From the NCBI RefSeq assembly GCF_046119375.1, contig NW_027362769.1:363878001-363942000 (forward strand): a DNA stretch of 64,000 nucleotides. The letters are read 5' to 3'. The notes beneath the pieces are model-generated. The model did no database searches, had not been told where the DNA came from, and saw nothing but the letters and a program-made list of their open reading frames with translations. Below, one piece after another: positions 54,232-64,000 of this stretch. The number at the start of each line of letters is the position of its first letter. Within the stretch, counting starts at the first letter, position 1. The DNA comes from Phyllobates terribilis. Taxonomy: Eukaryota. The position numbers and the translations under genes were made by a program.

Positions 54232-57200
54232 TCTACTATATAATTGTCTTATCCCATCTGTCTGTCTATCTGTCTGTCTGTCTTTCTGTTTGTCTGTCCT
54301 GGAAATCCCGCGTCGCTCATTGGTCCGGCAGCGGCCAATCAGCGCCGCGGGATTTCTGAAAAAAGATGGCGGCCGTTAGCGGCTCATCTGGCGGACGGAG
54401 GTCAGCGGCGATGCAGCGGGGAGATGAGCGGCGCTAGCAGCACAACTACCCCGACCGGCGCCGCTGACCTCCATGTGGCTAACGTCGGAAGATCAGCGGC
54501 TTGGCCCGTTGATCTCCCGACAGCAAGTGTGAACGGAGGACCGGGGAGCGGTGCCGCCGGTCGGGACGCTTCTGCTGCGAGCAGTCGCTCATCTCCCGGC
54601 TTCTCGCAGCAGATGAAGCCTCACAGGCAGCGGCGCTCCCCGGTCCTCGCTAATACGGAGCCGCACAAGCAGCGCCGCTCCCGGGCTCACACTAATACGA
54701 CGCTGATTGGTCGCAGTGGCCATACGCGACCAATCAGCGAGATGGGCGGCAAATTTAAACGCCGCTCTGCTGATTGGTCGCGGTGGCCGGCCGACCGCGA
54801 CCAATCAGCGAGATGGGCGGCAAATTTAAACGCCGCTGTGCTGATTGGTCGCAGTGGCCGGCCGCGACCAATCAGCGAGATGGGAGGCAAATTTAAACGC
54901 CGCTGTGCTGATTGGTCGCGGCCGGTCACCACGACCAATCAGCGTGATGGCCGGGAAATTTAAACGCCGCTGTGCTGATTAATCGCGGCCGGCCACAGCG
55001 ACCAATAAGCGAGATGGGCGGCAAATTTAAACGCCGCTCTGCTGATTGGTCGCGGTGGCCGGGAGTGACCAATGAGCGAGATGGGCGGCAAATTTAAACG
55101 CCGCTCTGCTGATTGGTCGCGGTGGCCGGGAGTGACCAATGAGCGAGATGGGCGGCAAATTTAAACACCGCTCTGCTGATTGGTCACGGTGGCCGGCTAC
55201 CGCGACCAATCAGCGAGATGGGCGGCAAATTTAAACGCCGCTCTGCTGATTGGTCGCGGTGGCAGACCGCGACCAATCAGCGAGATGGGCGGCAAATTTA
55301 AACGCCCCACTGCTGATTGGTCGCGGTGGCCGGCCGCGACCAATCAGCGAGATGGGCGGCAAATTTAAACGCCCCACTGCTGATTGGTCGCGGTGGCCGG
55401 CCGTGACCAATCAGCGAGATGGGCGGCAAATTTAAACGCCCCACTGCTGATTGGTCGCGGTGGCCGGCCGCGACCAATCAGCGAGATGGGCGGCAAATTT
55501 AAACGCCCCACTGCTGATTGGTCGCGGTGGCCGGCCGTGACCAATTAGCGAGATGGGCGGCAAATTTAAACGCCGCTGTGCTGATTGGTCGCGGCCGGCC
55601 ACCGCGACCAATCAGCGAGATGGCCGGGAAATTTAAACGCCGCTCTGCTGATTAATCGCGGCCGGCCACAGCGACCAATGAGCGAGATGGGCGGCAAATT
55701 TAAACGCCGTTCTGCTGATTGGTAGCGGTGGCCGGCCGTGACCAATGAGCGAGATGGGTGGCAAATTTAAACGAGGCTCTGCTGATTGGTCGCGGTGGCC
55801 GGCTACCGCGACCAATCAGCGAGATGGGCAGCAAATTTAAACGCCGCTGTGCTGATTAATCGCGGCCGGCCACCGCGACCAATCAGCGAGATGGGCGGCA
55901 ATTTTAAACGCCGCTCTGCTGATTGGTCGCGGCCGGCTACCGCGACCAATCAGCGAGATGGCCGGGAAATTTAAACGCCGCTCTGCTGATTAATCGCGGC
56001 CGGCCACAGCGACCAATGAGCGAGATGGGCGGCAAATTTAAACGCCGTTCTGCTGATTGGTCGCGGTGGCCGGCCGTGACCAATCAGCAAGATGGGCGGC
56101 AAATTTAAACGCCGCTCTGCTGATTGATCGCGGTGGCCGGCTACCGCGACCAATCAGCGAGATGGGCAGCAAATTTAAACGCCGCTGTGCTGATTAATCG
56201 CGGCTGGCCACCGCGACCAATCAGCGAGATGGGCGGCAATTTTAAACGCCGCTCTGCTGATTGGTCGCGGCCGGCTACCGCGACCAATCAGCGAGATGGG
56301 CGGCAAATTTAAATGCCGCTCTGATGATTAATCGCGGCCGGCCACCGCGACCAATCAGCGAGATGGGCGGCAAATTTAAACGCCGCTGTGCTGATTGGTC
56401 GCGGTGGCCGGCCGCGACCAATCAGCAAGATGTCCGGCAAATTTAAACGCCGCTCTGCTGATTGGTAGCGGTGGCCGGCTGCAATTAATCAGCGAGATGG
56501 GCGGCAAATTTAAACGCCACTCTGCTCATTGGTCGCGGCCGGCCACCGCGACCAATCAGCGATATCGGCGGCAAATTTAAACGCCGCTCTGCTGATTGGT
56601 CGCGGTGACCGCGACCAATCAGCGATATGGGCGGCACATTTAAACGCCGCTCTGCTGATTGGTCGCGGTGGCCGGCCGTCCGCGACCAATCAGCGAGATT
56701 GCCGCCAAATTTAAACAACGCTCTGCTGATTAGTCGCGGATGACAGACGCGACCAATCAGCGAGATTGGCGCCAAATTTAAACAACGCTCTGCTGATTGG
56801 TCGCTGACGCCAGACGCGACCAATCAGCGAGATTGGCGCCAAATTTATACAACGCTCTGCTTATTGGTCGCGGACGGCAGATGCGTCCAATCAGCGAGAT
56901 TAGCGCCAAATTTAAACAACGCTCTGCTGATTGGTTGCGGTGGCCGGCCGCAACCAATCAGCGATTTTGGTGCCAATTTGAAACACCGCTCTGCTGATTG
57001 TTCGCGGTCGCCGGCCGCGACCAATGAGCAGTATTGGCGCCAAATTTAAACGCCGCTCTGCTGATTGGTCGCGGTGGCCGACCGCGACCAATCAGAGAGA
57101 TGGGCGGCAAATTTAAACGCCGCTCTGCTGATTGGTCGCGGTGGCCGGCCGCGACAAATCAGCGAGATGGCCGGCAAATTTAAACGCCGCTCTGCTCATT

Positions 57201-58266
57201 GGTCGCGGTGGCCGTCCGCGACCAATCAGCGAGATGGGCGGCACATTTAAACTCCGCTCTGCTGATTGGTCGCGGTGGCCGGCCGTCCGCGACCAATCAG
57301 CGAGATTGGCGCCATATTTAAACAACGCTCTGCTGATTGGTCGCGGCTGCCAGCCGCTGCCAATCAGCGAGATTGCCGCCAAATTTAAACAACGCTCTGC
57401 TGATTGGTCGCTGACACCAGACGCGACCAATCAGCGAGATTGGCGCCAAATTTAAACAACGCTCTGCTTATTGGTCGCGGACGGCAGACGCGACCAATCA
57501 GCGAGATTAGCGCCAAATTTAAACAACGCTCTGCTGATTGGTTGCGGTGGCCGGCCGCGACCAATCAGCGATTTTGGTGCCAATTTAAAACACCGCTCTG
57601 CTGATTGGTCGCGGTCGCCGGCCGCGACCAATGAGCAGTATTGGCGCCAAATTTAAACCCCGCTCTGCTAATTGGTCGCGGCCGACGGTCACGACCAATC
57701 AGCAATTTTGGTGCCAAATTTAAACCCCGCTCTGCTGATTGGTCGCGACCGCCGGGCGCGACCAATCAGCGATTTTGGCGCCAAATTTAAACACCGCTTC
57801 GCTGATTGGTCGTGGTGGCCGGCCGTGACCATTAAGCGATATTGGCGCCATATTTAAACACCGCTCTGCTCATTGGTCGCGGTTACCGGTCACGAATAAC
57901 CAGCATTATTGGCGACAAATTTAAACACTGCTCTGCTGATTAGTCGCGGCCGTGACCAATCACCATTATTGGCGACAAATTTAAATAACGCTCTGCTGAT
58001 TGGTCGCGACCGCCGGCCGCGACCAGTCAGCATTATTGGCGCCAAATTTAAACCCCGCTCTGCTGATTAGTCGCGACCGCCGGCAGTGACAAATCTGCGA
58101 TATAGGCGCCAAATTTTAACACCGCTTTGCTAATTGGTCGCGGTTGCCGGCCTCGACCAATCAGCGATTTTGGCGCCAAATTTAAATACCGCTCTGCTGA
58201 TTGCGCCCGGTCGGCCGCATACCTATTCTAGAATACCCGATGCGTTAGAATCGGGCCACCATCTAG
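54232..58266 (+). mobile_element. Non-autonomous Helitron-type element (4035 bp)
   Basis: A|TC start, hairpin CCCGAT(58236-58241)/ATCGGG(58250-58255), CTAG|T end; no TSD. Confidence 0.8.
54690..58205. repeat. ~65-70 bp palindromic tandem repeat (~50 units) inside the Helitron
   Basis: Unit CGCGACCAATCAGCGAGATGGGCGGCAAATTTAAACGCCGCTCTGCTGATTGGTCGCGGTGGCCGGC. Confidence 0.95.
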
Positions 58267-59668
58267 TATATAATAAGTACAGTGACAGTGTTGGTTACTG
58301 TACTTGTCATTTAGTGTTAAAATAAAGGATTTATTAAAAAAAAAATTGGCGTGGGGTTCCCCGTTATTTTAGTCTCTAGCGGAGGTTAAGCAGATGGCTG
58401 GGGCAGATGTTTGAAGCCTGGGAAGGGGGTAATTCCCACGGAGCTTCCCAGGCTACTAATATCAGCCCCCAGCTGAATACCTAGCCTTTACTAGCTATTA
58501 AAATGGGGGACATGAACTCGACTCATCTGGATGCCGTCACAGCCAGACACTGAGGAGCTTCACTGAGGAGCTTCTCAGTGTCTGCGGCATGGCAAACTGG
58601 ATGGCAGCGTTCTGCTGCGATCCAGCCTGTCATGTCAATGTAGCAGAGCTAAAGCCATCCTGGGAACCATGGAAAGGTAAGGAATCCTAACCTCTAGTAT
58701 TAAAACCTTACGTATGTAAAGTGACGTAATGTTAATAAGGGATGAGAAGGCCTGAGACCTGGCTAATGGACACCCAGCCATGGAGAAATATACAAATGTA
58801 ATGTCCAGCTCAAGGAAAAAGGAAACCACTCCTTTATTTGCAAAGAGTGCAAAAATCCTGAAACCGAAGCCTAAAGAGAAAAAGTGGAAAATAAATGCAT
58901 GTGCATGCACTGTGTAGGCCCATGTTCACACTGGCCACCAAACATTCCAGGGGGCATCGTTTTTCTACAAGAGGTGTATATGATTATATTCCAGGCGGAT
59001 GTTATTTAACGTAATGTTAGTATAAAAAATATATAAAACAACTTGCGCTAGTGTATAGGGTATGTGGCAAGAAATAACATTGAAGATGTTAAAAATGTCC
59101 AATTTTATTTAAATATGTAGGTTACAAGAAGTTAAAAATCATTGCTCGGTATAGAAATTTGAAAAGATTGAAATTTGGACGTGACGCTATCCCAGACATT
59201 AACACACAATATCACATACGGGAAGGATTAGTTTTTGAAGTTGTGAACGAGGCCATAGCCAGTCCACCACCATCAGACACCCAAATATCAGAGGACAGAT
59301 TTTCCACCCATCCAACACCAGACTATTATCATCAAACACAACTGGATGGCCATAGAGGCACAACAACCAGCCCTCAACCTTCCACTGAAGCTACCTCCCC
59401 AATACTTACGCCCATTAACACACAAAACTGCTTTGACCCACTGGAAAAAAATTAATGAAAACCCTAGCAATAATAATCAATATCCTACCGCCTCCCAAGA
59501 CAACGGCTTGAGAACCAGATCGAACTCTCAACACCCACAAATTAGTAAAAGGGCCAGCAACTCAAATTTTTTTCAGTTGGCCCAAAGAAAAGGCGCCAAA
59601 GGGGCTGTAGAGGAGGGCAATTCTCCAAAAAGAAGAAACAATTAGAAGAGATAAACAGTAAAGGTGAT

Positions 59669-59830
59669 TCTATTTTTAACCTAAGTAAACACAACCTAAA
59701 ACCCAATGAAATCAACCTACTTAATAAGGGCCTGAAGTTTGCCCCCTCGATAGGCCTTAACAAATTTCAGGCCTTTATTGGAATCAAACAATTCATGAGA
59801 AAATTGGCTCTCAAAAAATATTACATAAAA
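59669..59830 (+). mobile_element. Degenerate Penelope-like element fragment
   Basis: SIFNLSKHNLKPNEINLLNKGLKFAP...FMRKLALKKYY resembles the N-terminal region of PLE ORFs; surrounding 58.9-59.9 kb probably belongs to it. Confidence 0.6.
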
Positions 59831-60489
59831 AAGGAAACCCAAACTCCAACACAGGATCAAGCTAATCCGCCCACTTCATCGTATATACACACCAGGGCCG
59901 GCTCCAGGTTTTTGTGGGCCCCGGGCGAAAGAGTCTCAGTGGGCCCCTTTAACAGATATTATGATTCCAGATGCACCCCTTAAGTGTGTAAGCCCCCCAA
60001 CATGCAGCATCAGTCAAATTCTACATGCAAGAGGAATGAAATGCAACAACACCCCCTTACATATGCAAGGCGCCAACATGCAACATAAAGGGTATGTGCA
60101 CACGGTCAGTAAACGCTGCTGATTGGATGCAGCACACTTGCGCTGCGTGCAAACCACAGCATTCGATAATACAAGCAAAGTGGATGGGATTTGAAGAAAT
60201 CCCATGCCCACTATGCATCTCCAGGCACCTGCGGATCACCCGCGGACACGGACTTGCGGCGCGTCTTTCCGTCAATTTCTCTTGCGGAGTCGCTAGTCTC
60301 CACAAGAGAAATTAGATCAGTGCAGTGTATAGGATGGGGTGAATCCGCATGGTTCAATGAACACATGCGGATTCACCTGCGTGCAGCGCTTTGGACGCAG
60401 CATAAAGTATACTGCGTTCAAAGCGTTGACAGTACAGATGGTGTGCCCATAACTCATTCCCTGTAAAAGCCCCCACAACATGCAACACA

Positions 60490-60837
60490 TGCATGCATCA
60501 CCCCCTTCCCTGTGCTAGACCCTCAACATCACCCACTTACATATGCAAGTCCCCAACATGCAACATCACTTCCCTATGCAATTCCCCACAATATGCAGTG
60601 CCATGCATGCATCACGCCCTTCCCTCTGCTAGACCCTCAACATCATCCACTTATATATGCAAGTCCCCAACATGCAACATCACTTCCCTATGCAATTCCC
60701 CACAATATGCAGTGCCATGCATGCATCACGCCCTTCCCTCTGCTAGACCCTCAACATCACCCACTTATATATGCAAGTCCCCAACATGCAACATCACTTC
60801 CCTATGCAATTCCCCACAATATGCAATGCCATGCATG
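60490..60837. repeat. 114-bp tandem repeat x3
   Basis: Period 114 (60493, 60607, 60721). Confidence 0.9.
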
Positions 60838-63714
60838 TGTGGCACCCCTGAGGGTTCGACCGCCACAGGAATGCTGCACTTCTCTAATGGAGTGTAGTGT
60901 TCCTCCTCTGAGGTAAGCCCGGTGTGATGGTCGCGACCCAGCCTTGCATCCAACACCACACTTCTCCACCAGAGGGAGCTAGTATGCACTAGGTGTTGCT
61001 CCCCTGGTTACAGGGAGACTGGGGAACACAAAGTGGTAGGAACCAGTTAGTGGGTGTGGGTGGAGGACTTACAAGTTAGTTACACCTTAAATTTCATATT
61101 TAATAGAAAGCCATCTTTGATCTTGGTCTGTTGTTCTTCTCTGGTCCTTTGTCTAGCCCAGGGGTCCTCAAACTTTTTAAACAGGGGGCCAGTTCACGGT
61201 CCCTCAGACCATTGGAGGGCCGGAATATAGTTTTTAAAAAAAACTATGAACAAATTACTATGCACACTGCACATATCTTATTTTGTAGTAAAAAAAACAA
61301 TACAGGAACAAATACAATATTTAAAATGAAGAACAAGTAAAGTTAAATCAACCGGTATTTCAATAGGTAGGTAACTGTACCCAATAGGCAGCATAGGTCC
61401 TCAATAGGCAGGTAAATGTCCCCAATAGGCAGCATCGGTCCTCAATAGGCAGGTAAATATCCCCAATAGGCAGGTAAATGTCCCCCATAGGCAGGTAAAT
61501 GTCCCCAATAGGCAGCATAGGTCCCCAATAGGCAGGTAAATGTACCCAATAGGCAGCATAGGTCCCCAATAGGCAGGTAAATGTCCCCAATAGGCAGCAT
61601 AGGTCCTCAATGGGCAGGTAAATGTTCCAAATAGGCAGGCTGTTTCCCCCTTATAATGCCATATGCAGGCTGTTCCACCCCTTATAATGCCCCATGCAGG
61701 CTGTTCCCCCCCATATAATGCCCCATGCAGCATGTCACCCCCCCATATAATGCCCCATGCAGCATGTCACCCCCCCATATTATGCCCCATGCAGCATGTC
61801 ACCCCCCCATATTATGCCCCATGCAGCATGTCACCCCCCCTATATTATGCCCCATGCAGGATGTCACCCCCCATATAATGCCCCATGCAGGATGTCACCC
61901 CCCATATAATGCCCCATGCAGGATAACACTCCCCTGTCTTTATTATACCCCATGCAGCATGTCACCCCCCACATATAATGCCCCATGCAGCATGTCACCC
62001 CCCATATAATGCCCCATGCAGCATGTCACCCCCCCAATATAATGCCACATGCAGCTTGTCACCACCCCCATATAATGCCACATGCAGCATGTCACCCCCC
62101 CCATATCATGCCCCATGCAGGATGTTTACCCCCCCCATATTATACCCCTTGCAGCATGTCACCCCCCCATATAATGCTCCATGCAGGATGTCACCCCCCA
62201 TATCATGCCCCATGCAGGATGTCACCTCCCCATATTATACCCCTTGCAGGATGTCACTCCTCCATATAATGACCTATGCCTCCATACATTAAAAAAAAAA
62301 AAAAAATCCAATACTCACCTCACTTCTCACCTGCTGCCGCTGCCGCTGCCCTACTCTGGTCTGGACTCCAGCGTCGCGGCGGCGTCGTCCCGCTCTGCGC
62401 TGCCTGTGACGGCACTCGGGAGGGCGCGGTGTAAAGACGTCACCGCATCCTCTGACCTGAGACGTCACAGAAAGCGCAGAGCAGGAAGACAGCGGATCTG
62501 CAGAGGCACAGGGAGAGGTAAGTATCCGCCTGCCGGGGCCCTGAGCAAGCGGGGGAGAAGGGCGGGTGCTGACACCGCTCCCCTCTCCTCCACCCATAGC
62601 CCGGCGGGCCGGATAAAAGTCCTCCGCGGGCCGCATGTGGCCCGCGGGCCGTAGTTTGAGGACCCCTGGTCTAGCCTTTGCTAGTCTGTCGGCTGTGTCT
62701 GTGCGGTCAAAATACTGTGTGCAATGTGACCTCCCTCCGGGAGCGCAGATCCTATGTGGGCCTGCGCCGGTAAGGGACACAGCCCTCGTACCCTGGCCTT
62801 GGGACGAGAGGTAGGTTGTAGACAAGGAATGTCTCAACCCGGCCAAGGACCAGGATCAAGAAGGCCCTGGGAGCTTTAGAGTGTGGCTCCCCAGCAAATG
62901 GGTCCCGGGGAGGATGCAGACGGAGCGGAGCACGCCACCTGTCATCGCCTACCTGATCTATTCAGAGGGATTCCGGCTGCAAGAGGGGTACCGGCCCTCG
63001 ACACCCGACCTTGTACTCTATGTTCTGGACGGGAAAGCCCGGTTAGGCCCTGAGGATCCCACCGGGCATCGGATGGAGAGGAATTGCCATCCGTGCCCTA
63101 GTCCTGAGAGGAGCTCAGAGGGAGACCCGGCCTATCTACACACGCACAGACGGGAAAGGGTGAAGTTTATAGTGCAGGAACACTCTGGTGTAGGGTCGCT
63201 ACCGAACACTGGACTTTCTCGGAGGTAGTCGGACCCCCGTCCCTGGTGGCCGCAGGACTCCGCGGGGAGCAGGGAGTCGCCTTCCCGCTGACATCTCTAA
63301 GTGAGTAAAGCCTTGGAAGTTCACCCCTATGGCCTCTGGAGTGTTCATTACGCGCCATACCATGCGACGCGGTGCCCGTACTCCCCGCACTACTACCCCC
63401 TCTCTTTCCTGTTTGCCTGCCCTGAGGCCTTGCTCCGCCTGTGGGGAGCAGCGAGAACTTTAGCCGCCATGACACCGGGCCTCAGCGGACTGCAGCGGCG
63501 CTGGTGACCCTTCACCAGGCACCACAGGTGGCGTAGTCGTTAAAATAAGCCACTCAACCCGGACAAGCCCACAGCATCTCTTTCTAATGTGACGGCCCTG
63601 AGCACGGGTCGGGCCTAGGCCACGGCTGCATCCCATCTCTCCATCACAGGGCCCGACACCGAGTCCCCCATCACCCAGGGTAAAACATGGGTTTCTCTGA
63701 GTAGAGGCGTCACA
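60838..63714 (+). mobile_element. 5' LTR (~1.36 kb net) of a further related LTR element, interrupted by a hAT MITE; internal region runs off the window
   Basis: TGTGGCACCCCTGAGGG start, AGTAAA 63304-63309, ends GGCGTCACA, followed by a PBS. Confidence 0.82.
61159..62668. mobile_element. Non-autonomous hAT (Charlie-like) MITE, 1510 bp
   Basis: 16-bp TIR CAGGGGTCCTCAAACT/AGTTTGAGGACCCCTG; 8-bp TSD GTCTAGCC (61151-61158 and 62669-62676); internal minisatellites. Confidence 0.93.
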
Positions 63715-63717
63715 ACC

Positions 63718-63735
63718 TGGCGTAGTCGGCAGGAT
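63718..63735 (+). promoter_or_regulatory. Primer-binding site, tRNA-Ser
   Basis: TGGCGTAGTCGGCAGGAT, 3 nt after the LTR end. Confidence 0.88.
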
Positions 63736-64000
63736 CGCGTGCCCGCAGCAAAGGAAGAAGTGCCCATTGCTATCGGGTACTGTGTGCCTTACACCTTGAA
63801 CTGTTGTTTACACTTAAAATGGCGCCCGCCCAAGAAGAACAGACGCCATAATGCTGTGAAAAACTGTCTTTGAACACCTCCCATCGTGGGCTGGGCTCCC
63901 GCTTGGCGCCAAAAAGGTGGACTGCCCCTTCCATCAGAGACTGTCCGCGGGGTAATGCCCGTCAAACTGGATGGGCTGAACAAAGGCGGGCCTGTCAGCA

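Noticed and set aside
54244-57857. Many ~60-aa ORFs and possible CRISPR-like periodicity
   Set aside because: A tandem repeat without unique spacers, in eukaryotic DNA; the ORFs simply follow the unit length.
59890-60470. Harbinger-like and TTAA-type MITE ends; similar debris at 31300-32450, 40550-41450, 53990-54230 and 58300-58560
   Set aside because: Probably common frog MITEs, but paired termini and TSDs could not be fixed by eye.
61360-62292. Pro/His/Met-rich ORFs
   Set aside because: Minisatellites inside the hAT MITE.

Overview
Anuran (frog)-like genomic DNA from a decaying, transposon-riddled replication-dependent histone cluster. Histone genes: two intact H2A, one intact H4, one H3, two H1, one H2B spanning an N-gap, two identically frameshifted H4, one decapitated H2A, one truncated H2A and an H3 remnant; all except the truncated H2A and the H3 remnant end in a recognisable 3' stem-loop (one mutated). 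Mobile DNA: two CR1 LINEs, hAT and Tc1 pieces, Helitron-type elements, a Penelope fragment and several minisatellites. The main novelty is a young, pol-less LTR retroelement (6665-15168) arranged LTR-internal-LTR-internal-LTR, with a tRNA-Ser PBS, a PPT and a TATA target duplication. Its only ORF (601 aa) ends in a clear cold-shock domain. Four divergent LTRs of this lineage occur in the window. All carry a terminal hairpin and a second tRNA-Ser-complementary site in U5, which in one copy switches to match a different tRNA-Ser. Other notable items: tandem arrays of U7-binding elements behind H1 and H2B, a gene-less pair of back-to-back histone 3' ends, and a Helitron carrying about 50 palindromic CCAAT/CDE-CHR modules.
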